Part shown: positions 13,679-26,615 of the stretch, piece after piece
Layout: each line of letters starts with the position of its first letter
How positions within the stretch are numbered: position 1 is the first letter of the stretch
NCBI GenBank assembly: GCA_028826165.1
Contig: JAPDFW010000053.1
Coordinates: 124,001-188,000 of the forward strand
Length of the DNA stretch: 64,000 nt
Origin: Anaeramoeba ignava BMAN
Taxonomy: Eukaryota > Protista > Anaeramoebae
Direction of reading: 5' to 3'
Program-made: the position numbers and the translations under genes
The notes under the pieces: model-generated
Database searches by the model: none
The model's input: the letters and a program-made list of their open reading frames with translations, nothing else
Told to the model about the DNA's origin: nothing

Positions 13679-16600
13679 ATGGATTTTAAAGTTAAAAATC
13701 ATAGTTTGAATTTTGTTTCTAAACAATCTAATGAATTATCATGTTTATCTTTTTATGAAAAAATACCAATAAATGATATTGATTTAGAAACTTTAGAATT
13801 TTATGCTGTTGATCGATTAAAAGGTGAAAAAAATTAAAAATTAAAAATTAAAAATTAAAAATTAAAATTAAAATTTTTAAAAAAAAAGTTTTATGGGAAA
13901 TTGAAAGATTACAAACTGCAAAAAAAGATTATGAAACTGCTCAACAACTTTCTTTTGTTATTGACAGATATTTACCTTTATCAAATAAATCAACAACAGA
14001 ACAAAGAGATAAAGATTTAATTTCTCATTTTCTTCTTCGTTGTTGTTTTTGTCATAAGTATTTTTTAAAATAATCAAAATTTTCCCGAAAAGAAAAAAAA
14101 AATAATTTATTTTTTCATATTAAAATTTTCTTTTATTTAATTTAGTGAAGAAGATCGGATTTGGTTTATTAAAAATGAAACTAAACTTTTTGAATCTAGA
14201 TATTATTCATTATCACCTCAAGATAAAAGAAAATTTATTTCTGAAAATTTTCCACATAAACCAATTGTACTAATTTTAATTTAATTTTTAAATTCAATTA
14301 GAAATAATTTTTAAAATTTTTAAAATTTTTATAGAATTTTCAATTATTGGATCCAATGATTAAAAATTCATTATTAATGACAGATAGGCTTGAGTCTAAA
14401 TTTTATAAAGTAAATTGCAAACAAATTTAATTTCAAATTTAATTTCAATTTCGAAATATTTTTAAAAATCATTTCTAAAGATTCCTTTTACAGAAGCTGG
14501 TGAATTAATTGGTTCTAAAAAAGCTTATTTAAATCAAGGATTTGCTTATTTTTCTGAAAAAGTAATTGGGAAAATTTTCAGAACTCAATTCAACCAAAAA
14601 ATTGCGATTGGATTACAAAAAGCTTCTAATATCTTTGATAAATTTGATGAAAGAATCCAAAAAATGATTGAAAAATTAAGATCCAAAAATAACACTTTTT
14701 TTCAATTTGGAAATCAAGATGGAACACATATTGAATTTGATGAATTGAAGAATAAAATTAAATCATTTCCTTTATGCATGAAATTAATTTATGAAAAACT
14801 AATTCAAGATCATCATTTAAAACATCAAGGAAGAATTCAATTAGGTTTATTTTTGAAAGTAATTTCAATTTATTTTAATTTTTTAATTTTAATTTATTTT
14901 AATTTTTTAATTTCAATTTCTTTTAATTTTTTAATTTCAATTTATTTTAATTTTTTAATTTCATTTTCTTTTAATTTTTTAAATTTATTTTATTTTAATT
15001 TTTTAATTTCAATTTATTTTAATTTTTTAATTTCAATTTATTTTAATTTTTTAAATTCATTTTATTTTAATTTTTTAAAAGGGAATTGGATTATCAGTTC
15101 ATGATTCAATTCGTTTTTGGAAACAAGAATTTTTGAAAAAAATGACTGAAAAAGATTTTGAAAAGGATTATATTTATGGAATTAAATATAATTATGGTCT
15201 TGAAGGAAAAAGAGTGAATTGGTCACCATATTCTTGTCCGAAAATTATTGGATTAAAACCTGCTCCTGATGATTTTTCTGGTTGTCCTTTTAAATTTTTA
15301 TCTACTCATAATTTCAAACAAATTCTTCTTAATCTTGAACAAAAACCAAATGAAGAACAAATTAATGAGCTTATTTCATTAAAAGAAGGTGGTCATTGTC
15401 AAGTAATTTAATTCAATTTTTTTAAAATTAATTTAAATATTTTTTTCCGATTTTAATTTAAATATTGATTTAAATATTAATTTAAATATTAATTTAAATA
15501 TTAATTTAAATATTTTATTTGAATATTAATTTGATTTAAATATTAATTTAAATATTAGATTTAAATATTAATTTAAATATTTTATTTAAATATTAATTTA
15601 AATATTAATTTAAATATTAATTTAAATATTAATTTAAATATTGATTTAAATATTAATTTAAATATTAATTTAAATATTTGATTTAAATATTAATTTAAAT
15701 ATTAATTTAAATATTAATTTAAATATTTGATTTAAATATTAATTTAAATATTAATTTAAATATTAATTTAAATATTTGATTTAAATATTTGATTTAAATA
15801 TTAATTTAAATATTAATTTAAATATTTGATTTAAATATTAATTTAAATATTAATTTAAATATTAATTTAAATATTTGATTTAAATATTTGATTTAAATAT
15901 TTGATTTAAATATTAATTTTAAATATTAATTTAAATATTAATTTAAAAATTTGATTTAATTATTAATTTAAATATTAATTTTAAATATTAATTTAAATAT
16001 TAATTTAAATATTGATTTAAATATTAATTTAAATATTAATTTAAATATTGATTTAAATATTAATTTAAATATTTAATTTAAAATATTTTTAAATATTTAT
16101 TTAAATATTGATTTAAATATTTGATTTAAATATTTGATTTAAATATTTGATTTTAAATATTTTATTTGATTTAAATATTTGATTTAAATATTTTATTTGA
16201 TTTAAATATTTGATTTAAATATTTATTTGATTTAAATATTAATTTAAATATTTTTAAATATTAATTAAAATATTTGATTTAAATATTAATTTAAATATTA
16301 ATTTTAAAATTATTTAAATATTAATTTAAATATTTAATTTAAATATTAATTTAAATATTAATTTAAATATTAATTTAAATATTATTTTAAATATTTGATT
16401 TAAAATTTGATTTAAATATTTGATTTAAATAATTTTGATTTAAATATTAATTTAAATATTTGATTTAAATATTAATTTAAATATTTGATTTAAATATTAA
16501 TTTAAATATTAATTTAAATATTGATTTAAATATTGATTTAAATATTAATTTAAATATTTGATTTAAATATTAATTTAAATATTAATTTAAATATTTGATT

Positions 16601-17459
16601 TAAATATTTGATTTAAATATTTGATTTAAATAAATTTATTTAAAAATTTTATTTAAAATATTTAAAATAATTTAATTTAAATTTAAATATTAATTTAAAT
16701 ATTTAATTTGATTTAAATATTGAATTTAAATATTTGATTTAAATATTTGATTTAATTTAAATATTAATTTAAATATTTGATTTAAATATTTGATTTAAAT
16801 ATTTGATTTAAATATTTGATTTAAATATTGATTTAAATATTTGATTTTAAATATTTGATTTAAAATATTTGATTTAAAATATTGATTTAAATATTTGATT
16901 TAAATATTTGATTTAAATATTTGAGATTTAAATATTTGATTTAAATATTTGATTTAAATATTGATTTAAATATTAATTTAAATATTTGATTTAAATATTT
17001 GATTTAAATATTTGATTTAAATATTTGATTAAATATTAATTTAAAATAATTTAAAAATTTGATTTAAATATTTGATTTAAATATTTGATTTAAATATTTG
17101 ATTTAAATATTTGATTTAAATATTAATTTAAATATTTGATTTAAATATTGATTTAAATATTTGATTTAAATATTTGATTTAAATATTTGATTTAAATATT
17201 TGATTTGAATATTTGATTTAATTGATTTGATTTAAATATTAATTAAAATATTTTTTTCCGATTTTAATTTAATTTTGATTTTGATTTAATTTTTTATTAA
17301 AAAAAGGTTGCTTGTCAACGTTATTGGGATTTAGTTCATCCTGGTTTAGATGAACCTTTGAATAAATTATCTGGAATTGAACATCCAAATTCATATTTTA
17401 AATATAGTGAAGAATATTATGAAATACAAAAAGAAAAAGAAAAAGAAAAAGAAAAATAA
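13679..17459 (+). CDS. PRIM2: DNA primase large subunit (p58), 7 exons
   Basis: Motifs AVDRLKVL, DLISHFLLR, FPLCM, HHLKHQGRIQLGLFLK|GIGL, YNYGLEGKRVNWSPYSCPKI, GCPF, VACQRYW and IEHPNSYF. All four 4Fe-4S cysteines are present, and the six GT-AG introns are in frame. Confidence 0.95.
15440..17260 (+). repeat. Intronic 12-13-bp satellite (ATTTAAATATTA / ATTTAAATATTTG)n in primase intron 15403-17306
   Basis: Visible tandem repeat rich in the palindrome ATTTAAAT. Confidence 0.95.
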
Positions 17460-17541
17460 AAAAAAAAAACAAAAACTATTTAAGAATAAAAAAAAAATTT
17501 TCATTTTTCATTTTTTTCATTTTTTTCATTTTTTTTTTAAA

Positions 17542-18798
17542 ATGAGATTTACTTCAGAAATTTCAAATTTACCTTTATTTATTCATTTAGTTCAAGCACT
17601 TTCTAAAATTGATTTAGAAGCAATTATACATTTAACACAAGATAAAATTATTTTTATTTTAGATTCACAAGATTATATTAAAGTTTTTTCAGGAGTTCAA
17701 CAAGTAAAATTAAAATTAAAATTAAAATTAAAATTAAATTTAAAATTAAAATTAAAATTAAAATTAAAATTAAAATTAAAATTAAAATTAAAATTAAAAT
17801 TAAAATTAAAATTAAAATTAAAATTAAAATTAAAATTAAAATTAAAATTAAAATTAAAATTAAAATTAAAATTAAAATTAAAATTAAAATTAAAATTGAA
17901 ATTAAATTATTTTAGGAATATTTATTTTCAGAATATTCAATTCAAAGTTTACATAATAATGAAATTGGTTTAAAAATTAATCTTAAAAATTTATTATGTG
18001 CTTTAAAATCTGGTTCAAATATTCAAGAAAAAATATCAATGAAATTAACAAAAAAAGAATCGAATCCATTTATAACAATTACAATAAATTCAGATGAAAG
18101 CAAAGTAAAAAAAAATCAATTTAAAAATCATTTAAAAATTTAATTAAAAAATCAATAAAAAATCAATAAAAAATCAATTAAAAAATCAATTTAAAAATCA
18201 ATTAAAAAATCTATTTAAAAATCTATTTAAAAATCAATTAAAAAATCAATTAAAAATTTGGATAAATTTTTATTAATAAAAGATGATTGTAACTCATGAT
18301 GTTCCTGTTCAAGTTTTAACTCCACAAAATCTTGAACAACATCCAGAACCAACATTACCTGAACCAGAAGTAAAAATTATGATGCCAAGACTTGAAGTTT
18401 TACAAAAAGTAATAGAAAAGATGAAGAATTTAAGTGATTTTTTAATAATTGAAGGAGATATGGGTGGAAATTTAAAATTAAAAGTAGAAACTGATGTTGT
18501 AACTGCTGAAACTTCTTTTTCTAATTTGGATATTGTTCATTTTCAAGAGTTGGAATCTCCTCAAGCAAATGAAGATATTAAAGCAGTTTCTAAATTGGAT
18601 ATTAAAAAGTTTTCAAGAGCTTTATTATGTTCTATAATTAAACCTTCTGATGTTGCTTGTTGTAAGTTATTTTAATTTTCTATTTTATAAATTTATAATT
18701 TAATTTTTAATTTAGGTTTTATTCGTAATTCAATTGTTTTACTTCATGTTACTTTGGATGAATTATATATAACTTATTATATTGCTTCAATTTTATAA
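17542..18798 (+). CDS. HUS1: HUS1, 9-1-1 checkpoint clamp subunit, 4 exons
   Basis: MRFTSEI..., LFSEYSIQSLHNNEIGL, MKLTKK, IVTHDVPVQVL, VKIMMPRL..VIEKMKNLSD, C-terminal ITYYIA. Introns are 17704-17915 ((AAAATT)n), 18105-18282 and 18662-18715. Confidence 0.9.
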
Positions 18799-19060
18799 AA
18801 CAAAAATTTCCAAATTTTTTAAAAAAGAAATCTTTATTATTTTTTTTAAAAAAAAGAAAGAAAATCAATAAAAAGTTGAAATTAAATTTAATTATAATTT
18901 TGATTTTGATTTTGATTTAAATTTAATTATAATTTTGATTATAATTTTGATTTTAATTTTGATTTTAATTTTGATTATAATTTTGATTATAATTTTGTTT
19001 ATAATTTTAATTATAATTTTAATTATAATTTTGATTATAATTTTGATATTGATTATAATT

Positions 19061-21382
19061 TTAATTTTGATTTTGATTTTGTTTCTGATTTTGTTTTTGA
19101 TTTTGTTTTTGATTTTGTTTCTGATTTTGTTTCTGATTTTGTTTCTGTTTTTGATTTGAATTTGAATTTTGATTTTGTTGTTGCAAATTTCTTTTCTTTG
19201 GAAATTTATCTTTATATTGTTTTTTTATACGTTTTTCAAATTCTGTTATAATTGATTCAATCTTTAATAATTCTTCAACAGATTCTGGTTGTTTTTGATT
19301 TAAAAATAAATGTTTTCCATATAAAAATAACCTATCATATCCAAAAATAAAGTAATTTGGAATCCATGAACAACCAAATCTTGCACCAAGAATTGAACCT
19401 GAAATAGCAGCAACAGTATCAGTATCATATCCTAATTGAATCATATTTCGAAGAATCCAATTTGGTAAATTTATATCTTCTTCTTCTTTTGAATCACAAT
19501 AATCTTTTACAGTTGAATAATCTAATAAACCCATAATAATTGCATGAATTCCTCCAAGAATAACTGGTCCTTGATTTGCATGAAAAGCATGAATTTTTGT
19601 TTTTTTAAATTTCATCCATTCGGCTGCATTTGTTCCAATTTTGTCTCGAATTTGATCCAAAGTAATCTTTTTTCCATTTTTTGTGTTTTCATCAATAAAA
19701 TCAAACATTGTTTTTAAAGATTCAGAAATAACATGATTTGAAGTTTGTCCGAATTCTTGAGTGACTAAATTCCATCCTTCATTTTTACCTTTTTCCAACG
19801 CTTCTTCCTCAAATTTAGCAACTTTTTCTGGAAGATTTCTCCAAATTTGCGAACGAGCAATATTATCATCATCTGAAGTGAATATAAAAGAATTGATAAT
19901 TGAAACAATTGCATAACTTATACTAACAGCTACCAAAGTGCTATGAGTAACAGCTACACATTCAAAAACATGTCTTTTAAGTTCATTATGAGATATATTT
20001 TCGTTTTCCAAAGAAGGTGGGAATAAAGCTCCAAAAGGTCCAATTTTCATGCAACTTCCAATTCCTGATGAAGGAGATCCTGATTGTTTTGGTGTATGTG
20101 TTTTTTCATATAATCTTTGTGATGCAAGTGTGAAATTTCCGCCTATTCCTCTCCAAGCTTTATGTTCCCAACCTTTCACAATTAATTCACCCCATAATTC
20201 ATATGGTTTTTTGATATCTTTTTCTGATTTTGATTTTGATTCATTTTTCCAACTTAAAAATGAATTGATTAAACCAAGTGCTTGTTGAGTATCATCTGAA
20301 TATAAACCAAATGGTCTTGTTTTTCGAATTAAACCAAATCCTCCATTTTGATAAAGATGATCTAAAGGAGGGAAACCTTTTTGGAAAAAGTCTTTAAAAT
20401 AAGGTTTTAAACCAGAATTTCCAAGAGAATAATCTGGATCATAAAAAGAATTTTTTTCACCTTTCCAACTATTATCTTTTTTTGAATCTTTTTTTGAATC
20501 TTTTTTTAAATCTTCTTTTAAATCTTCTTTTAAATCTTCATTTAAATTTTCTTTTAAATCTTTTTTTGAATCTTCTTTTAAATCTTCTTTTAAATTTTCT
20601 TTTAAATCTTCTTTTAAATCATCTTTTAAATTTTCTTTTAAATTTTCATTTAAATTTTCATTTTAAATTTTCTTTTAAATCTTTTTAAATTTTCTTTTAA
20701 ATCATCTTTTGAATCTAAATTTCTTTTAAATCTTTTAAATTTTCTTTTAAATTTTCTTTTAAATTTTCTTTTAAATCATCTTTTAAATTTTCTTTTAAAT
20801 TTTTCTTTTAAATCTTTTTTTAAATTTTCTTTTAAATTTCTTTTAAATCTTCTTTTAAATTTTCTTTTAAATTTTCTTTTAAATCTTCTTTTAAATCTTC
20901 TTTTAAATTTTCTTTTAAATCTTCTTTTAAATCTTCTTTTAAATCTTCTTTTAAATTTTTAAATCTTCTTTTAAATCTTCTTTTAAATCATCTTTTAAAT
21001 TTTCTTTTAAATTTTCTTTTAAATTTTCTTTTATTTTTTTCCTTAATTCATGATCTTCTCTTGGATTTAAAGAAGGATAACATTTTGCTATTTGTTTCCA
21101 TCTATATCCTTCAACTGGACATCCAAAAATATCACCCCATGCTAATCCTAATAATGAACCTATTGATTTTTCTTCTGGTGTTGATTTTAAATTAACTACT
21201 AAATCTTTATTATGAATTGATGATTTGTTTTTTTCCCAATTTTCTATCATTTCGTTATATTCTTTTTGATATTTTTCTACATCTTTTGATTCATAAAGAA
21301 GTTCACCTTTAATTTCAGAAACTTTCTTTTGTTTTGGTTTTCTTTCTTTTCTTTTATAATTATATTTCGGATTATTATTCAT
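19061..21382 (-). CDS. ADP-ribosylglycohydrolase (DraG/ARH family) with an internal LKED/LKEN repeat insert
   Basis: Motifs GSLLGLAWGDIFGCPVEG, GLYSDDTQQ, GIGSCMKIGP, VTH and GYDTDTVAAISGSILGARFG. The frame is interrupted within the 12-bp repeat 20480-21030. Confidence 0.88.
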
Positions 21383-21439
21383 AATTGAAAGAAAAAAATG
21401 AAAAAATGAAAATGAAAAAAATGTGTTTTATTCAAATTC

Positions 21440-21453
21440 AAATGACGTCATTT
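21440..21453. promoter_or_regulatory. Perfect palindrome AAATGACGTCATTT (CRE/ATF bZIP-type site)
   Basis: The TGACGTCA core lies ~60 bp upstream of the ARH start codon in very GC-poor DNA. Confidence 0.45.
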
Positions 21454-21464
21454 AATTTATTAAC

Positions 21465-22675
21465 AAAATCTAAATAAAAATCTAAACATAAATTGAAATA
21501 AAAATCTAAATAAAAATCGAAATATAAATTGAAATAAAAATTGAAATAAAATTGAAATAAAAATTGAAATAAAAATCTAAATAAAAAAAAAAATCTAAAT
21601 AAAAATTGAAATAAAAATCTAAAAATAAAAATAAATAAAAATCTAAATAAATTGAAATAAAAAAAATAAATTAAATAAAAATCTAAAATAAAAAAATTGA
21701 AATAAAATCTAAATAAATCTAAATAAAAATCTAAATAAAAATTGAAATACATCTAAATAAAAATCTAAATAAAAATCTAAATATAAATCTAAATAAAAAT
21801 CTAAATAAAAATCTAAATATAAATTGAAATAAAAATTGAAATAAAAATTGAAATAAATTGGAATAAAAATTGAAATAAAAATTGAAATAAAAATTGAAAT
21901 AAAAATCTAAATAAAAATTGAAATAAAAATTGAAATAAAAATTGAAATAAAAATCTAAATAAAAATCTAAATATAAATTGAAATAAAAATCTAAATAAAA
22001 ATCTAAATATAAATCTAAATATAAATCTAAATAAAAATTGAAATATAAATTGAAATAAAAATTGAAATAAAAATTGAAATAAAAATCTAAATAAAAATCT
22101 TTAAATAAAAATCTAAATATAAATCTAAATAAAAATTGAAATAAAAATTGAAATAGATAAAAATCTAAAATAAAAATCTAAATAAAAATCTAAATAAAAA
22201 TCTAAATATAAATCTAAATATAAATTGAAATATAAATTGAAAAAAATTGAAATAAAAATCTAAATAAAAATTGAAATAAAAATCTAAATAAAAATCTAAA
22301 TAAAAATCTAAATAAAAATTGAAATAAATTGGAATAAAAATCTAAATATAAATCTAAATATAAATCTAAATAAAAATTGAAATAAAAATTAAAATAAAAA
22401 TTGAAATAAAAATCTAAATAAAAATTGAAATAAAAATTGAAATAAAAATCTAAATAAAAATTGAAATAAAAATTGAAATAAAAATTGAAATAAAAATCTA
22501 AATAAAAATCTAAATAAAAATTGAAATAAAAATCTAAATAAAAATCTAAATAAAAATCTAAATAAAAATCTAAATATAAATTGAAATAAATCTAAATATA
22601 AATCTAAATAAAAATCTAAATATAAATTGAAATAAAAATCTAAATAAAAATCTAAATAAAAATCTAAATAAAAAT
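21465..22675. repeat. Intergenic 12-bp satellite (AAATCTAAATAA / AAATTGAAATAA)n
   Basis: Visible two-variant tandem repeat between divergently transcribed genes. Confidence 0.95.
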
Positions 22676-22763
22676 TAATTTTTCATTTTTCATTTTTCAT
22701 TTTTCATTTTTCATTTTTTTCTTTTTTCTTTCTTTTTGTTATTAATATTATTTAAAAAAAAAA

Positions 22764-24115
22764 ATGGAAAACTTACAATTTCATGAAGTAAAATCGATTA
22801 TTTTCTAATTTTTTGCTTTTAAATTCTTTTTTACGTTAATTTTTTTGTTATTGTTATTATTATTGAAAAAATAAAAGCAACTTAGAAAACAAAAAACTCA
22901 ATCAGAAAATGAAAGAGAAATGATTGTTAACGAATTTTTTCAAATTCTTTCAACAAGAAACCAACAAATTCAAACACTTTCAGAAACTTTAAGAAATTTA
23001 AGTGTTTTTACAACAAAAATTAAAAATGAAAGAGATAAACTTGTTGAATTTTTAAATAATCATGAATTTGGATCATTTGATGTTGAAATTCTTGAAAAGG
23101 AAAGAAAAGAAAAACAAGAACTTATTGAAAAAAACGAAAACCTTGAATCAACTTTAAATCAAAAGGAAAATCAATTGAATCAAGTTAAAATTCAATATGA
23201 AAGTTGTCTTGGCATTTTGGAAGAAAATCAAAATCAAAACAAACAAATTATTGAAGAAAAGGAAAAAATTCAGGAAAAAAATACTCAAGATAATCTTCTT
23301 CTTTTAAGCATATTGACGAATTGGAATCAAAAATCAATTTGTTATCCCAAAAAAATGGAGTCGAAAATTTAAAGAATGAAAATGATAAATTAGTCATGAA
23401 TATTCACAAATTGGAAGAAAAAATACAAAAACTAGAAAAAGAAAAGTCAGAAAATCCTTATGAAAATGAACACTTGATTTTAATTGAACACATTGAAAGT
23501 TTAGAATCCAAAATCGACCAACTTGAAAAAGAAAAAATGTCGCAAAACAACGACAACCTTTTTCAACATCTTGAATTATTAGAGTCAAATATAAAAAAAC
23601 TGGAGGAGGAAAAGAAAAAAATGCAGAAAAGCTCAGAGGAAACAAAATTGCTGCTTGATCACATTCAATCTTTGGAATCCAAAATTCGCATCAAAGAAAT
23701 TGAAAATTTGGAACTGAGAAATGAAATGGAAGAACAACTTAATTTGGCAAAAAATATTGAATCACTTAATCGCGAAAACCAAAGATTGCAAAACGAAAAT
23801 ATGAGAATCAAAACCTTATTCAATCAAACAAACCAAAAGGAAATTCTTTCTCTTAAAAAGCAAATCGAAAATCTCCAATCACAACTTGATAAATCTCAAA
23901 CTCCTCCAAGTTTGACTCAAAGAGAATATTCTCTTCTTGTTTCAAGAATTGAAGATTTGGAAAGTGAAAATAAAAGGCTTAAAGAAACTAAAACCCTTTC
24001 AAATAATAATTCTGTTGCTGAACTTCAAAAGAAACTTGAAGAAGAGAAATCAAATAATGAATTGTTGATTCAATATATCCAACAATTAACAAAATCAAAA
24101 AAAGGAAAAAAATAA
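22764..24115 (+). CDS. Coiled-coil protein of unknown function; intron 22788-22877; frameshift near 23303
   Basis: MENLQFHE|QLRKQK... joins the ORF in frame. The internal repeat (HIDELESKI / HIESLESKI / HLELLESNI / HIQSLESKI) continues across the two overlapping ORFs. Confidence 0.75.
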
Positions 24116-24248
24116 TTTGTTTAATTAATTAATTAATTCAAAAAAAAAAAAAAAAAAAGTGGAACAAAAATTTTTTGCTTCTTTAAAAACTTTATTTGTT
24201 AAATTTTCTCTTCTTAATTTAATTTAATTTAATTTAATTTAATTTAAT

Positions 24249-26513
24249 TTAATTAAGTTGATAATATCTCATCATTAATTGCAATTGTTCCTTTTGTTCA
24301 TTTGTTAAACTATTCATTTTTTCAGGTGAAGAAAATAAATCTTTTAAAAATAATTGGAATTGTGCTTTTTGTACTTGGAAAGAATTTGCAGAAAGTGGAG
24401 GAAGAACATTTAAAGAAGGATTTAAAAATGAAGGAAGAGAAGAAAAATTCTGATTAAAATTTGGTTGTAAAGGAAATTGAGAAGGAAAATGAGTTGAACT
24501 ATTAAATGAAGGAAGAAAAGAAATTCCATTTTGATTTGCCTGCAAATTGCTTCTTGTTGGATCGGTAAATAATAAAGAGGATTTTTTAGCATCATCAATT
24601 GAGTCCATTTTGGAAATTTTTTGTTTTATATTATCAGATGTTTTTTGAGGTGTTTGATGCTCAAAATTGAGTGAGGAATCTCTTTGTGGCCAAGTTGATA
24701 AAACTGTTTGAATTAAATTTTCAATTTTCTTTTGAATATCTTTTTTGGGAACATCCGTGATAGATATTCCATTTATCATCCCAAGAACCATTTGTGCTTG
24801 TAGGAGTGCGATTGAAAGTTGTGGATTTTTTACTAGTTTTTCTTTTTCTTGTTCAGGATGTTTTGCAACTAATTCTTTCATTTTATGCATTACATTATAA
24901 ATTTGTTCAATTGTCATTGAAGACAACTGACTAACAATAGAATCCAAAACCTATTCCAATTACAATTAAATATAAAATTAAATATAAAATTAAATATAAA
25001 ATTAAATATAAAATTGAATATAAATTAAATATAAATTAAATATAAATTAAATATAAATTTGAATATAAATTGAATATAAAATTAAATATAAAATTAAATA
25101 TAAAATTGAATATAAATTGAATATAAATTGAATATAAATTAATTGATTAAAATTAAATATAAAATTGAATATAAAATTGAATATAAAATTGAATATAAAA
25201 TTAAATATAAATTAAATATAAAATTGAATATAAAATTGAATATAAATTTAAATATAAAATTGAATATAAAATTGAATATAAAATTGATTATAAAATTAAA
25301 TATAAAATTGATTATAAAATTGATTATAAAATTAAATATAAATTTGAATATAAATTAAATATAAATTTGAATATAAAATTGAATATAAATTTGAATATAA
25401 AATTGAATATAAATTTGAATATAAATTTGAATATAAATTAATTGATTAAATTTGAATATAAAATTGAATATAAAATTGAATATAAATTTGAATATAAAAT
25501 CGAATATAAATTTGAATATAAAATTTGAATATAAAATTGAATATAAATTTGAATATAAATTTAAATATAAATTTAAATATAAAATTAAATATAAATTTGA
25601 ATATAAATTTGAATATAAATTTGAATATAAAATTGAATATAAATTTGAATATAAATTTGAATATAAAATTAAATATAAAATTAAATATAAAATTGAATAT
25701 AAAATTAAATATAAATTTGGATATAAATTGAATATAAAATTGAATATAAAATTGGATATAAATCGAATATAAAATTTAATATAAATTAAATATAAATTAA
25801 ATATAAATTAATTGATTAAATTTGAATATAAAATTGAATATAAATTTGAATATAAATTTGAATATAAATTTGAATGATACTTTATTTTCAGAATTTTTTT
25901 GTTGTGATTCAATATTTTCTTCTTGTTTCATTTCATTTTCATTTTCATTTTCATTTTCATTTCATTTTGATTTTCATTTTGATTTTCATTTTGATTTTGA
26001 TTTGAATCAATATTATTATCAACATCCATTTCAATTTGATTTTGTTTATTTTTTTTTTCCATTTCAATTTGATTTTGTTTATTTTTTTTTTCCATTTGTT
26101 TATTTTGTTTATTTTGTTCCATTTCATTTTGTTTATTTTTCAAGTTGATTTTGTTTATTTTGTTCATTTTGTTCATTTTGTTTATTTTGTTTATTTTGTT
26201 CAATTTCATTGTCTTGTGTTGATTGAGGAGAATAATTGGGTGGAATATTTACTGGTTTCATCTCAATAATATCAAAGAAATAAAGATTTAAAGCATGATT
26301 TTTAATTATATAACCAGTTAAATTACGAATTGCATTAAACGCAATTAAATGACTTTGGAATTCGACAATTGCATATTTTACTTGTGTTTCTTGATCCAGT
26401 TTTTGAATACTAATCGAAGTGACTGGACCAAATCTTTCTAGTATTTCTAATAATTCTTCTTTTAAAACATCTTCTGGAATATTAAAAATGAAAACATGTT
26501 TAAAATTTTCCAT
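24249..26513 (-). CDS. CSTF2: Cleavage stimulation factor 64-kDa subunit (CstF-64/Rna15)-like; intron 24951-25880; two frameshifts in the low-complexity linker
   Basis: N-terminal RRM (VFIFNIP..FGPV..AIRNLTG), hinge domain (KNPQLSIALLQAQMVLGMI) and C-terminal CSTF_C-like motif (MNSLTNEQKEQL). Confidence 0.85.
24965..25870. repeat. Intronic 11-12-bp satellite (AAATTGAATATA)n
   Basis: Visible tandem repeat within the CstF-64 intron. It is essentially G-free on the sense (-) strand. Confidence 0.95.
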
Positions 26514-26615
26514 TTAATTTTTTTAAAAATGAAAAGAAAAAAATGAAAAAAAATTTAAAATCGGAAAAAATTTATTATTTCAAGTAAAAATTCAAAAAAA
26601 AAAAAAAATTGTGTT

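Noticed and set aside
26125-26145. Euplotes-type +1 frameshift motif AAA-TAA-A in CstF-64 as evidence of general programmed frameshifting
   Set aside because: The other shifts go in both directions, and at 23303 and 37028 homology places the shift well upstream of the stop codon. Homopolymer error explains all of them.
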